From positions 54,932,001 through 54,996,000 of the forward strand of contig NC_043001.1 of assembly GCF_006345805.1 (NCBI RefSeq): a stretch of DNA of 64,000 nucleotides, written 5' to 3'. The stretch is from Octopus sinensis. Its lineage: Eukaryota. This document shows positions 48,230-63,952 of the stretch, piece after piece. A program made the position numbers and the translations under genes. How positions within the stretch are numbered: position 1 is the first letter of the stretch; each line of letters starts with the position of its first letter. Below the pieces are notes generated by a model. The model searched no databases, was not told the origin of the DNA, and saw only the letters and a program-made list of their open reading frames with translations.

Positions 48230-50356
48230 CAATAGTGCACACTCAGATTTACAGCGATGAACTTATTTCGAAACTCCACTTTAACATTATTACAAATTAG
48301 TGCCCACCCAGAATATTGTGAAACACCCCCAGGCACCAAAGTCTGGCGACAGGCCTGGTTGGCTATTATATTAGCAAGTCGAGCGGCTGCGTAGATACTT
48401 TCTTGTGGCGGCACAAATAGAGAGTCATTGTGATCAGCGTGCAGGGTAGTTAAGAATTTTATTTCAAGCTTCCCTTAGGTACATCGGACCCTGAGTGTAG
48501 AATCAAGAAACTAATATGCAAAATACATTGGTTTTGAATAAGAGGGCAAAACTGAAATAGAGAGAATATCTGTGTGTGAGCAGTGTGCGTGTGTGGGAGA
48601 GATAGATAAAGCGTATGTAAATATGAGAAAGTGGGAGAAGAGTGCAGAGAGAGAGAAAAAGTTTGTGTGTACTTACGAGAAATCAAGGTGAGAAAATTAA
48701 GATAGGAGAAGGGCGTGTGAGAGAAAGAAACTCTGCTTAATGAGAATAACATAAGGAGAAGGTGGGTAATCTTTTGGAAAAAAAGTATTTGAAAAGTGAA
48801 AGTACTTGTTCGGCAATTTCCGTAAAATTTCTTTTATTTTTAATCTTTTTTTTCAGTTGAATCAGTTATATCTTTTTGCGTATGTATTATGTGTTTACGT
48901 GTGCATGCATGTATATTTGCGTATGTAAGTATATATGTGTATGTGCATTTGTGTACATCCATACATGCATATAAACACGTACATATACCTACACAAATAT
49001 ATATACATACATAAACACATATATACATACACAAAAAATACATAAGCAGCGATTCAGCAAGAAAAGAATAAAGAAATAGATATACATACACAAATATACA
49101 TATCAATACACAAACATATATATATACACAAATATGGATACACACACACACACACACATATAAACACATACATACGCAAAAAATAACTTAAACGATTCAA
49201 CAGAAAAACGAAAAAAATTTTACGCAAATTCCCGAATTTTCATTTTTCATATACTTTCTCCGAAAGATTGCTAGAAAGTATGTTAGAAAGAGACAAAAGG
49301 CTGTGTTGTAAGAGATAGAAAAAAAAACAGTGATAGATAAGAAGTCTTTATATGTGTATGACCGTACACGCGCAATAACTTTATAATTGACGCCAAAAAT
49401 GTGACAGCTCATTGTAAATCAATTCTATAGTATTAATCCTTTATCTATCTCCGTAAAGGTTTCATTATGTCAAATGTAGCATAAATACATGTCTACATAA
49501 GAGAAAGTTACTTGTGTGTGTATGTGCATATGTCAATCTAAGTACAGGTAGTGTGACGAACACAGACGTGACCAAATGATTAAGAAGCCCGATTTCACTA
49601 CCTAACACATTCATCAAGTGCTTTGCACGGGCGGTGTGTGTGTGCGTGTGTTTTCTACCGTAACCTCGGATCTGCCCAAGCTTGGTTGGGGAAACAAAGA
49701 AGACAGAAATGGTGCCAAGACCCGGCATCCGTCAAGCGACAGCTTATTTCTGCCCTTTAATCGCTTCATTTTCTGTTATTTCTGTCTCTTTTCAGTTATT
49801 CGCATTCTTTTTATCTAGAATCTGGCTTGTTTCTTCTTGTCACTTTACAACAATTCTCTTTCCTATTTTGCATCGACAATTAATTTCTTCATGATATTTC
49901 TACAGTTCAGAGTCTTGCAGATACTGTGATCAAGAACTTCGTCAGATTTGACTTCATTTAACTGTTCTAGATTTGAAAACCATCACTTCACTTCTTTTCA
50001 TTTTCGCTCTCATTCGCACACCTTCCCATTTCTCACTGATTTACATACTTCATCATTTCTTTTATTCGTCTCTATTTGTATGTTTGTCTGTCTGTTTGCA
50101 TGAATGTATTATGCTGGTATGTGTGTATGTATGTCTGTGTATATACATATAGTGAGTAGATATATATATATATCGCTGGTATTTATAGAGAGTTAAACAC
50201 TTTCGGTATGCAAATTAGGAACCCCTTCATAGAGTAACTGTTGCATTTGTTGAGTATATAAGCAGTTTGGCTGATCGCTTCTCTGGAAACTGTCAGAATA
50301 ATGTGGACACCTAGTCTGCAGAAAATGGTTAAAATTTGCCCTATTCATAATTATAC

Positions 50357-50392
<36 letters not shown>

Positions 50393-50543
50393 CAAATAGA
50401 TAGATCAGTATATTGTAGTTCCCTTTGATTTTTTTTCCTTCTCGTCAAAATCTATCTCCGCTTCCATTTTCCTCCTTCCTCCTGCACACATACGCACACG
50501 CTTTGATATCATGTGTGTTAAATTTCTGGGTCTGTTCCTCTTG

Positions 50544-50611
<68 letters not shown>

Positions 50612-51216
50612 CTATCTCTTATTCACTTACTGTTTTATGACCTTTCCTCCCTAACTCCTTCCTCTCTATTGTAAAGCTTCATTTTTCTTCTGCACCCTGT
50701 CTGATGGTAGAGTTTCCTCTTTCACTCTTTCTCGAGTCTATCACTATAGTTACCCACCCTCTCGTCTTACTTCCTGTCTCATATGCTGGCTGGTTACTGG
50801 CCATTTCTTTCTCTATCTCGCACTCAGTCAATCTCTCACCTAACTATTTAACTAATTCATCTCTATAAGACTGCTTCTTTTTCACATCTTTCAGCACAGG
50901 CAATGCTTTCTCGTTTCGCATTATTTACTTTATCATGTTAACACTTTCTAATTCCCCCACTATAGGACTCTTTCATTCACTTTTCCAACTCTACTCCCTT
51001 CCTCACTCGAAGATTTAATTTTTCTATTTTTATCGGTGTATACACCTAAAAATCAAAGAGTCAGCTTTATCACGTAAACGGTATATGCGCCTGTGGAATC
51101 CCTAGCCACATACGTGGTAATATATAGTAGGATACACATATATTGAACACGCACACATATATGTATGTATGCATGTTATATATACATGATGGACTTATAT
51201 ATACATGACGTGTGAG

Positions 51217-51484
51217 TATTCAGCTTTTGCTGAACGACCTGCACAGATTATTTGTTTATAGTGATTAAATATTCATGCCGCCGCCCATTAGCTTACTCTC
51301 TCCATCAAATTGGCATTGCCTGAACAGATGCACTGTGTACCATGTATCAGGTGTCGAAGTTATCGCAGAGGAACGTGAGATGAATTGTTTTGCTCAAGAA
51401 CACAAGGCACCACCCGGTCTAGAAATTGAACTCACGATCTCGTGATCGTGGGTGCAATACCCTAACCAATAGGCCATGCGTTCT
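51217..51484 (-). mobile_element. Older SINE with family C-type head and a third tail type
   Basis: Head/core ...GTGTTCTTGAGCAAAACAATTCATCTCACGTT; tail differs from the other C-headed copies. Confidence 0.7.
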
Positions 51485-52234
51485 ATATATATATATATCA
51501 TCGACCACACATGGAAAAAAGGATAGGCAGTTCCTACGCACGTTTCACCTTAATGGTGTTTGGAGACCTAAAAGATTGCATTAAGTTACAAATAACCTTG
51601 TCAAAAATATTTACTCATTAAATTGCCTAAGAATTAAGTTAAGAGAAAGCATATCCGTGGAATACGCAGATATTTACACTATAATTCAATGACTATGTAG
51701 TTCAATTAATCAAAGCACTCGATAGAGAATCCATTTACTCTTATATTTATAAATGAAATAGATACTGAAAAGACTTCATTTGTGTATGACATTCTAACCA
51801 ATCGCTATGGCAGACACATCACTATTGCCTCCAGTCTAAGGTTTACAAATATAATTCAATGTTAAATTGACGGATACATTCGGTACGAGATTTATTTGGA
51901 GAGAAAATAGAATGAAATGGTCTTGCTTGCGGATATAAGAACTTCTCTGAATCAATGAAGGCGCCTCTGCATGATAGCTCGATCTGCTAAAGATTTCCCT
52001 TATATTTCACCCAAGTAAGTTGAAATAAAAGTTTTAAAAGGGCACATTCTGTAATATATTCCCTGACATCCCAGAATAAATGACTCTAGATTCATAAATG
52101 GGCTTATGAATGTACCTACCTATCTACATACATACATAAATACATACATACATACATACACACACACACATACATACACAAGTATATACATATATACATA
52201 TATATATATGTGTGTATGTATATATGCAGGCATG

Positions 52235-52277
<43 letters not shown>

Positions 52278-52385
52278 ATATATATATGTAGATCCCGGTT
52301 GATTCGGGGTTAACCACAGTAAATCTTCATTCCTGAAGATTTCTCTTGAATGAAACAGTTCTAGTCCTGTGAAGCTCCTTCTATA

Positions 52386-52427
<42 letters not shown>

Positions 52428-52465
52428 GGATGTGTGTGTGTGTGTGAGTGTGAACAGATACATAA

Positions 52466-52518
<53 letters not shown>

Positions 52519-52523
52519 TAGAC

Positions 52524-52607
<84 letters not shown>

Positions 52608-53086
52608 GGTAGGAAAGTAGGAGGAAGGAATTTGGATTGATGGATGGATGGATCAAAGAAATCTCTGAAAAGTCGGTTAATGGCATACGATTGGTAATAA
52701 TGTAGTACGGTTATGTAGATAATTTGCAATATAAGCGAACAGGTCATCACAATAGCTAGTAAGAGAGCTACTTTGCCAATAATGCAACAATATATAGAGA
52801 CAGAACGCCGATCAATAGCCAATTGTGCGAAAACCAGTTGTGAAATGTATATACCTGGATATTCAAAGAAGCTGGCAGTGATTAATAATGGACGGAGGGG
52901 CGGTTGTGAGTTGGAAAGGTTTGTAGAAAATAGCAAACAGCTGCCTGTTCTATGAATTAAATGACTCGGAAACAGGAAACAACGAACCACACGCGCGCGC
53001 CTATGTATGTATACAAGCACACATTTATATATACACATAGCCACTCTTCCTCATTTACTTTATCTCCCTCTCACCCTACGTGTAAA

Positions 53087-53124
<38 letters not shown>

Positions 53125-53125
53125 C

Positions 53126-53163
<38 letters not shown>

Positions 53164-53189
53164 TATATATATACATACATACATATATA

Positions 53190-53500
53190 TACACATATAC
53201 ATATATATACACCTATACATATATAAACACTACATACGTAAATAGAAAGATATATATATATCTGTAGAATATTATACCAAAAAAGAAATTGAGAAAGGAG
53301 CCATATGTATGTACATTTAATGTATATATATATATATATATACATACATATACATATATATACACATATACATATATATACACCTATACATATATAAACA
53401 CTACATACATAAATACAAAGATATATATATCTGTAGAATATTATACCAAAAAAGAAATTGAGAAAGGAGCCATATGTATGTACATTTAATGTATATATAT
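53190..53500. repeat. Recent tandem duplication, ~170-bp period
   Basis: CTGTAGAATATTATACCAAAAAAGAAATTGAGAAAGGAGCCATATGTATGTACATTTAATG occurs twice, 169 bp apart. Confidence 0.9.
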
Positions 53501-53736
53501 ATATATAAACACACACTAAAATCCACCATTTGTTTAACGGCAAGAGTTTGAATGTTAATGATAATCAAATGACTCCAATATTTTATGTTTAATCGAACAT
53601 TCCAGAAAGAATTGCAATTCACACTAAGTATTAAACGAACTCTTATAATTTGCTGCCGTAAACTTTTGAATCACTTCGGTACTTTGATATACACACACAC
53701 ACACATATGCACACACTCGCGCGCGCACACACACAT

Positions 53737-53774
<38 letters not shown>

Positions 53775-53870
53775 ATGTACAGGAGTGGCTGTACGGTAAG
53801 AAGCTTGTTTCCCAACCAAATTGTTCAGTGCTTAGTTCCACTGCGTGGCACCTTGAACAAGTAACCGTTT
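53775..53870 (+). mobile_element. Family A SINE head fragment
   Basis: AGGAGTGGCTGTACGGTAAGAAGCTTG...CCACTGCGTGGCACCTTGAACAAGT. Confidence 0.8.
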
Positions 53871-54619
53871 TAAAGTGCATGAGAAAGAATTCGGAAAAGT
53901 AAAGGTGTCGGCAGTTCGAAATAACATCGTTTCTGTTTGAGGAAAGTAGGCTGTAATAAATGGTGAATATAGTGTAACAGGTGGTGAATATTATCAATGT
54001 TTTCTGTAAAATAACAAAACTTGTCTTTCACTTAACTATTGAAGGTCATCAGTTTCGCCATAAGCAGAATGCTGGGTTAAGTGGACAAAATTTTTAACTT
54101 TGTAACAATAATTTATACATTAAAAAAATATAAATAATGTCACAAGAAGAAGAGTTAGATAAAATATATATATTCGTATAAATTCGTGTTTAAGACATTC
54201 GAGTGTAATCGGATGTGATAAGACCTATTGCTCCAGAAATAGTTAGTTTTGACAGTTGACAAAATAGATTCGTGATGCAAAACAAATGTGTTCTAAGATC
54301 TAATGACGCCACTCAGAGCTCAAAGCAAAATGTGTATTCACACAAGTCGAAGTGGAACTATTTCTACAGCGATAGGTCTTATAACGTCCGACTACACTCA
54401 AACAGGCCAAACATTACTTTTAATAAAAACACGCTTGTCTTAAAATTTTATATTGTTATTTAGAATTTTCCCTAAACAGAATAATAGATAAATATACATA
54501 TTGAAAATAAAACACATAATGTAAAAATTGATATTAAAGAATTTTCAAATGCCTTATTTTCTTTTGTCAAGATCCATTTTTATGAAACTGAATGCTTTTA
54601 TACCAAGTCATAATCATTT

Positions 54620-54755
54620 CCACTATAGACAGAAGGCCTGAAATATTGTAGGAGACAACTAATCGATTACATCGATCCCAGTGCTCAACTGGTACTTATG
54701 TCACGACCTCGAATGAGTGAAAGGCAAAGTCGGCCTCGACGGAATTTGAAGCCAA
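54620..54755 (-). mobile_element. Family B SINE fragment
   Basis: AATCGATTACATCGATCCCAGTGCTCAACTGGTACTTA...GAAAGGCAAAGTCGGCCTCGACGGAATTTGAA. Confidence 0.8.
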
Positions 54756-55041
54756 ATTTTGATACTTTTTGCATAAACTGAACACTTACTGGCTATATTT
54801 GAGTGTGTGTGTGTGTGTGTGCGTGCGCGCGCGAATCTGTGCTAGTCGATGGCAGCCTCTCTCCACTTCTCTCTCTGCCTCTCTTTCCCTCCCTCTTATA
54901 TAAATAGACAGACAGACAGACAGATATACAGATAGACAGACAGATATACAGACAGACAGACAGACAGACAGACGGGCAGGCAGACAGACAGACATACAGA
55001 CAGACAGACAGACAGACAGATAGACAGATAGACAGATAGAC

Positions 55042-55118
<77 letters not shown>

Positions 55119-56378
55119 TAGAATTCATACTGCTAAAATAATTGGATATCTTTTCAGGTTATAATCCCCCAGCAGTAAAGAAGATTTTTCATATGATCGC
55201 AGCTTTCTGAGGAAGGTACCATTCAACACAACAGCAAAGAAGGAAGAGAGTTGACTTGAAGCTGGCAAGTTAAGATATGAGGTTGGTGTCCGACGCCGCT
55301 CACGTTGAAATAATAAAAAAAAATTCAAAAACGAAACACAAAAAGAGGAAAAGAAAAAAACTGTTGTTTTATTTGTTATATTTCTATTCTTTTTATATAC
55401 ACGTTTTAATAACTATTTTTCTGTATGTTGAGTATATTATCATTTTGATTAATGACTTGGGTGAAATAACTAACTCTGCATGAATCTATGGTAAGTAGTA
55501 TGATATGAAATAACCATGACTTCGAAAAAACGACTGCATAAATATTTACAAGCTTTGACATTTAGATGCGAATACAATAAAAAAATTGATTACGCACTGA
55601 TTAAATCAAAACAAAAGAAGTTTGATCCAACACCGAACGTAGAGTTGTGATTTACAGAGCTTAAACGCCTTTGTTTTAAAATGAACAAAAAACCCACCAG
55701 TATACAGAATATGACTGAGAAAGATACGAATATAACAAAACAAACTAATTGGTTTTGTTTCCTTTTATACGGAGCAAGAGTCGAATGTAAATTTAAATTC
55801 AAAGGAAATTATCATATTTTATCGAACAGAATGTTTAACTTAAAAATGAAAGTAATAACTTATACACCTTTCACGCATTCTTTCCCTTTATCATTGTGAA
55901 TATACATCATATAATCATAGTGCAATCCTTTTTTTTTTTTTTGATATATTGTGTTCACCAGCTTTATAATAATGGTTCCCTATTAATCTCGCTGTTATTT
56001 TTAACAACTAAACATGAGGGTAGCTTTAACATTGGTAGATTTGGTTAATTAACATTGTAGGCATAGTAAGTATCTTTTGAGCAACAGTTAAATATTTACG
56101 AACTTGAGGCGTTTTATTTGAGATACAGTTATAATCTGGAATAAGATTCTTTTATTTTAGCTACAAGTCAACAGCCCTGTGGGATTTTCTAATTAAATAG
56201 AAATAAAATCAACCATGACTGAATAAGGGGCCAAGAAAGAAATTACTTGGTTATTTGACTTATTTATTGTTTAGAACTTAAGTAAAATCTGGAGCGTTCT
56301 GTCCTCTATACGAGTCTCACTCTGCGTGAAGGATCACAGAATGTGAAACTTGAACAATGGCATAACCTCACTTCCAAT

Positions 56379-56411
<33 letters not shown>

Positions 56412-57135
56412 TTACTTATATATATATATTATATATATATATATTAATATATATATATAATATATATATATAAATTGTGTGTGTGTGTATGTGTGTGTGT
56501 ACGCGCGCGAGTGTTTGTGTAATTCTATGACTCAGTTTAATCCCGTGTGGTTTCTTGCTGTTGACTTTTCTAATTTCCTCTATAAAGATATGTGTAGTCA
56601 AGTCTTGTTCTATTTTCTGCAGTTAACTAAGCGAAATTGCAAGATTTTTTTTCGACTAATTGTCACTAAGTGCATCATCAGATAAAATCTCAAATAACTT
56701 CCAAAACAGTTTAATTAACATAATTATTTCTGACGACAAACCTGACAGTCGAATTTTATTTTTTATTTACTGTACTGTTGCATTATTTTAGTTGTTTTGG
56801 AGTTTGTTTTTCTTTTTAAAGTATATCCTATGAACCAAACAACATGCCAAATTTCTTTTTAACTAGTTATATTTTATTTACTTTGTTTTTAATGACAAGT
56901 CAAACTAAAATAGAGTTGAAACAAATAGTAATCTTATTATATGAAGACAGAGTTTTGAGTTACCTTCCGTCCATCCTATATTCCCAGAAAGGTTTGAAGA
57001 AAAATACTGACCAGCAAAAAGATATGAAAATATAAGCAATATTAGTGTCTTAGATAATTTCTGCTGAAATGTGAAGCATTTTCATCATCTAATAATAAAT
57101 GGAAATAAACGTTCAGACATTTCCTTTGTTCTCGA

Positions 57136-57195
<60 letters not shown>

Positions 57196-57424
57196 GCGTG
57201 TGTACGTGCGTGTGTACGCATTTATTTATATGCATACGTCATACATACATGCATACATTTATAGTTATATGTGTGTGTGTGTACGCGTGTATACATCCTT
57301 GTATGTATATGCACACACTCTCTCACGCATATATATTTATAAAATTTCGAGAACAGCTTTCTCTCTCTCTTTCTCTCACTCTCTGTCTCCTCTTTCACTC
57401 ACTCACTTTCTGTCCCCTCCTTCC

Positions 57425-57539
<115 letters not shown>

Positions 57540-57779
57540 TGCATATATATATAAGATAATTAGCAATGAATACCAAGTTATATACGAGCATACAAGATAA
57601 TTACAATTAAAATACCACCATTACCCTTCACGAATAGTGTTATTAGTAAATAATTACCCCAATAATATAATTAAATAGCATATATAATCATAATAATGAC
57701 TATTATTAAAATAATTATAACAATTAATTTGATAGTTATATTAAGAACTTTATCTATAAAGCCATCAGTGTTTGTACAA

Positions 57780-57825
57780 TAACAAAAATAATACTAACAA
57801 CAACCACGATATTAATAATAATGAT

Positions 57826-57896
<71 letters not shown>

Positions 57897-57903
57897 TGAT
57901 AAA

Positions 57904-57976
<73 letters not shown>

Positions 57977-57988
57977 ATGATAATGATG

Positions 57989-58044
<56 letters not shown>

Positions 58045-58140
58045 ACCATGCGATTTTGAGAGACCCTGTGAGACCTTTGACAACAGGTTGCTGTCCGCTC
58101 TCACAGAATTAACTAGAGCAAGTAATTATAATAATAATGA
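57780..58140. repeat. Compound (AAT)n/(GAT)n array with an ~85-bp insert at ~58042-58125
   Basis: Arrays are directly visible. The insert runs into TAATAATAAT and may be another TAA-associated retroelement 3' end (unassigned). Confidence 0.8.
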
Positions 58141-58261
58141 TCGCTTCTTCAACAATAAGTTATTTCCCATATTTAAGCAAACTTTCTGAACAATAGCATG
58201 TAGAAATTATCCAGCTTGTGATTTCGTTATTATTCGCATGTTTTAGTGCCTTCATAATTAT

Positions 58262-58298
<37 letters not shown>

Positions 58299-58778
58299 CT
58301 AAATAACAGGTTTAATTTTAACAGGTATATTGCTAGGCATATTGTATGGTTAGATAAGTTTATTATTAATAAATTCATATTTTTGTTATTTAAATAAGTA
58401 TTATAGCGATTTTTTCAATTTCACTTTTTTTTAATACTGTTCTTCTTTTAGTTACTTTCATCATAGCAATTTAAAAAGAAATAATAATTAACATCGATAA
58501 AGACCGTCACGAGGGGTTTATTGCTGAATTAGCTTTTCAAACTGCCATGCTTTCATATTATTAATGAAATGATTTACGTATACAGATATGTTAGTCCGTC
58601 GAGTCTCTGCATTGATGCTGGGTCGATTAAAACATCAATTAGTATTATTTATTGCTCGGAAGAGAAATCGCAGAAGCATGAGTGAGTGTGTGTGTGTGTT
58701 GTTTGGTGTGTACACACCCACTTACGAATTTCAATTATTTAAGATAAGCATGAATATCAATGTATCATTCTATCTCGA

Positions 58779-58809
<31 letters not shown>

Positions 58810-58816
58810 TGTGTGT

Positions 58817-58884
<68 letters not shown>

Positions 58885-59990
58885 TTATCAAAGTGATCCA
58901 TAGGTCGGGTGCTCTATCTTTATAAATATCATATAATAGTCATTATTATTAAATTTCATGGAGCTCTACTTCTGCTGTCATCCTTGCAATGATCGATAAA
59001 ATAAGAAATAGACAAGAATTGGGTTCGATCAAATCGAATCTACTCCTCCGACAGAATTGGAAGCAATTTACCTATGTTAAAAAAAAACCTATTATTTTGC
59101 ATTGTTATTGAGGCAATGGATTAGCACTAACGTTAGAACTTCGGACAACATACTCTAGGATATTTAGGTGGGTCTATTTATATTCTGATTTCAAATTTTG
59201 CTGAGATCGTCCTTGCCCTTTATTTTTCTAGAGATGATACCAGTTATGTAAAGGAGAGCGTTTAAATCGACCGCACACATCAATGAAATCTGTTCTTATT
59301 TCAATGTTAGAAAACTTTATAATAAGCAACATCAACTTTGCCTTCCATCTTTCCGTAGACAAGTACTAGGGGTGAATATACTCGAATACGATCTTTTAAA
59401 TTTGAGGAATTGTGTCGAAGTTACAATTAAAATTAATAATGTTTATCATTGTTATTACCAACATTGTTTTCATTATCATTGTCCTTGTTCTTATTATTAT
59501 TACTATCACCATGTTATCACAGCTGGAACACAAATACCAATGTATATAAACTGTGTAATTTTGTAATATAGGTACAATAATGCCGCTTATCCAATTTTGT
59601 TTATCCAAATAATGATATGTAATATTTTTCCCCATCGTTACTTTAAGAGTTCAGAGAATTGCGACATCACAACTCTCATTGCGTTGGAATTCCAATACGT
59701 AGCAACGCTTCTCTTTTGATGGTATTTTCGAACCCTTGGAATTAAAAACACAAGGTTAAAAAACACATTTCGATAAAAATATATTCTATATTTGGCATGT
59801 AGAATTAATTTTTATAATCAACTATTTATGATAAGCTTTCTTTCGATTTATGTCTGTGTGTATGTATATATATACATATATATACATATATATATATACA
59901 CATATATATATGTATGTATGTATTCACGCACACATACATACATGCATGCATGCATACATACATACATACATACATACATACATACATACA

Positions 59991-60026
<36 letters not shown>

Positions 60027-60141
60027 CATATTGTAATTAAATGTACAATTTATTTCTATATAGATTATATACATGCATATGTATACATACACATTTATAT
60101 ACGCACACACACACATACACACACACACGCACGCACACATA

Positions 60142-60261
<120 letters not shown>

Positions 60262-60555
60262 CTTGAATTGGAGATTGCGATATAGATTCTTTTCGCTTTT
60301 CGTACTTGTTAAAATACTGTTTTCAAAAGGGAAATGATTGCTAGTGCTGGAATTCAAGAACTTCGCATTCTTCATTGTTACATTTACATTTAAATCTAAC
60401 ACCTGTAGTAGAAAAAAGTTGAGAACTTGAAAAAAAAACTTATATATATTTATATAAACCGAACCAAAATAAATATTTGAAAGATTGCCTTTGGTGAAAA
60501 ATGACAAAATAAACGTCTATATTTTTGTATTGTATTGTGTAACAAACTTTGAAAA

Positions 60556-60775
60556 GTGCATAAGATTTTGGACAAGAGTTGGTTCAGTAACCAATTAGAA
60601 TATTTTTTATTTCTTTTATTTCCTCCAACCACCGTTTCCATTCTTTGGGGTTTGATTTTTAGAGAGGCTACTGTTTCACTTAGGCTTTTAGATCTGGCAT
60701 CCTCAAATTTTGAAATAACGTTGACAAAATTCATATATAATTTTAAACTATCCAAACACCAGGGTGCCAGAAAAT
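60556..60775 (-). mobile_element. Possible Tc1-like transposase C-terminal remnant and TIR
   Basis: Minus strand KPQRMETVVGGNK weakly resembles the Tc1 end PRRxxAVIxAKG, followed by ...CCAAAATCTTATGCAC. Confidence 0.4.
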
Positions 60776-62097
60776 AGAGCGTGTGTGAGTTTAAATATAT
60801 ATGTGCATATACATACATGCATACGCACATAGATACATACATAGATACATACATAGATACATACATACATCTATGTGTGTATGTATCTATATGTATGTGT
60901 ATGATTTGTGTGGATTTATTTGCATGTATATACATGTACGTATATACACTCACTTATGTGGGTGTGCAGGTGTGTATATGTATATCTATAGTATCTCTTT
61001 AAAAATTTTGAAAAGAAAGAAAATTGTCCAATGTGAACGTGTTTAAACTTAAAACATTTGGCGCATTAGAAATCGACGTAAATAACAAGTGTGAACGCGT
61101 TTAATAAACTATTAACCATTTTCAGTATAATGTCAAAAGAGCAGACACATCGACGCAAAACTTTTAAAGTAAATAAACTTATCTCCTTTATTTTTTGTTT
61201 GTTTTTTAATTTAGTTGTCAGATTAACAGATTCACTTCATTTTAATAAATTGAATTATTCTGGAGACGTATTCAATTTATTTCATCGTTTTTATTTTTAT
61301 TTCATCAAACAATAATCCATTGAAAAATGTTATTTCGTTTACATCTTAACTGTATATATGTAAATATAAGCATTTCTGTACACATATGAGTGTGCCTGCA
61401 TGCATGTACTACGCATATATCCATATATTTGTATGTTTGTATGTATATATTCATGTATATATTTGTATATACATATATTTACACATATATTTCTATATAC
61501 ATTAATATATATTTATGAATATGCATATATGTATATATGTGTGTTGTAATGTATGGCACTGATACGGCTGAATTTCTTTTGAGCTGGCGGTCTAAAACGT
61601 GCATCTCAGTCAATGTTGTTAAATGTGTTTTAGATAAAGCTACGGCTTTAAATCTTCCCAGTTACCTCTCTTCTTTTCCTGTTTACGCTGAAGCTACCCG
61701 TATATGAATATGTGTGATGCTAGTGACAACTATGCGTTGCATATCATTCAATAACCAAAGAAACCGATACTTTAAACAAAAATTATATCTAAGTGTTATC
61801 ACCAGAGCAGACTGTGTTTGGCAGATATCTACCCAGCTCTTTGAGATTAATTACTCAGTGTCTCCATCCAGTTGAATACCAATAGTTAAATTAGTGTTAA
61901 CATATTTAATGTAGCGAGTCTTAAATATGCAATTCAAATTTCTTATTTGGAGAGGGGAAACTGATATATTTCCTATTTTAATAATTTTGGTCAATTAACT
62001 CCTTTCTCAATGCTGCAATTGTTCTTAAGTCAACTGGGAAAAACTAAACATGGCACATCTTCCAACCCTGAAAAACCCGAGTATGCTACAGATACTT

Positions 62098-63028
62098 ATG
62101 TTTCTTTATTAGCCACACAGGGCTGAATACAGAAGGGGACAAATTACAAAGTAGAGCTTTTCTTTTTGAGGAGTAAAAAAGTGGGGTAGGTTTTTGATCA
62201 AAAGGGATCGTAAAAAAAAAACGATCAATAGGGATCGTGTATCACAGAAATGTCATGATATAATGTGTAAATGGGGAAACAGATAAGGTTTATCCGTGGA
62301 AAGAAAAGCCTACGGAAAAGACCACGGTAACCTCGGTCAATAATGTCACATGTTAACACATTTATTTGCAAGTAAGTAACACTCTATTTAAAATTTTTCC
62401 GAGTTCATAGGATTATGCTCAAGGTGGCTTCGTCATTCATACGTGCCATCCTTGCTACATTCACTCAGCTTTCTTTTCTTTTGAAACATTCGCTAGACAA
62501 AACCTGCCTCTCTACTCTCACTTTCCTTTTCAAGTGATACTTGAAGAAGTTGATGAGAGATTGACCAGAGAGGAAAGTGTTTGTCTCTTATCCTTTCAGA
62601 CGCGTCCACCAGATACATTCTTTCGCCATAGCTACAAGTATGATGAAAATAGCTCTTCCTTCCCGTTTGAAGGAAGGGGGCGTGACGATATTGACGATAG
62701 ACTCGGCTGATAAACCAACTCGTCCCACATGTGACAGCAGTCGTTCGACATAAACCCACAGGTCGGAAATGGTTAGACACTGCACGAGTGCGTGCAGAAC
62801 GGTTCGTCGCTCTGACCGCATCTCAAGCAGGTCGCCCTCGTGTTTCTCGAGCCGTGTCTGTAGAGCTTATCTCGAACGGGTAGCGCTTCTCGGTAGAACT
62901 GCCAGGCCAAGGATCTCTGGAAGTTGTCCATAGGTCCCGGACCGAAAGTCGTCTTGAACAGGCGGGTCAGGTACTCCTCGTCGACGCCCAGGTTCGCCCC
63001 GAGATCGTCGTCGTACCTCCCCTCCACT
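62098..63028 (-). mobile_element. Tx1/L1-clade LINE 3' fragment, copy 2
   Basis: Highly similar to 31539-32514; CLRCGQSDE/TVLHALVQC knuckle; same 3' terminus. Confidence 0.9.
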
Positions 63029-63860
63029 AATCCCCTATAGAATGCTTTGGTTGTGTTGAAGTCGCTCTAGGTCGACCCGGGACAGCATAGTAGCTTGAGA
63101 GTGATACTTAACTTTGGAGTATTCTACAGACTGATTCGATCTTTACGTTCAATCATAAAAAGAAGTATCGAGATTTAAAGGTCATGAACTTGAAAAAAAA
63201 ACCGTCATCTGTTGTTTCTAGTGTTCAAGAATTTCAATTTCCTGATTGAATTGTTTCTCAATGTTGATGGCTCTGATGATTGAGAAAACCAGTCCTGGCA
63301 ATGCAAAACTTCTTTTGAATTGACACCAGATGAAGCTTCAAATCCTTGTCTTTTGAATGAATTTATTTACAATCAGATAATACTTTAGTATTCAAATTTT
63401 ATAATTTATCTATTTTAGAATTCCTTAAATTCTATGTCGATAATAAAAGAGATCCACTTTTTGAGAAAACACTCATTGAAAGCTTTGGGTTATACGTATA
63501 TCGCCAAGAACATTTACTAGTTAGCTTTAAGAATAAAATCTTGCAAATTAAGACTTATACATCATTAATCTCTTCTCTGAACACAATGAAATAAAGTAAA
63601 ACCAAACTTCTGACGTCACACGGTAACCTGTCTCATTAAATTTGAAATATTATACTCTACGGTGTCTTTGGTATTTCAACACATTTATAAATCTCGTGTG
63701 AAGCAATGCATTATAACATTTTTATGAATGCTACTTCCTGTAATCGTGTGCACACTCATCAATTTGTAAAATTAAAGATTCATTATTTTTCTCGGTACAG
63801 ATGCACCACCTCTGGTTCTTATGTACTTGCCATTTGCTCTTGTACGTTTCCACATTGCCA

Positions 63861-63952
<92 letters not shown>

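Noticed and set aside
48136-48500. 92-aa minus-strand ORF behind an acceptor-like site near 48490
   Set aside because: All three frames stop shortly after the acceptor, and the ORF runs into the hAT MITE.
52361-53044. 227-aa minus-strand ORF with a hydrophobic stretch and AIDRR (GPCR DRY-like)
   Set aside because: About half is microsatellite; only a weak, isolated motif resemblance with no other GPCR signatures.
55160-55225. Plus-strand exon-like segment (TTTTCAG|...AAG|GTACC)
   Set aside because: Stop codons in all three frames and no supporting neighbours.
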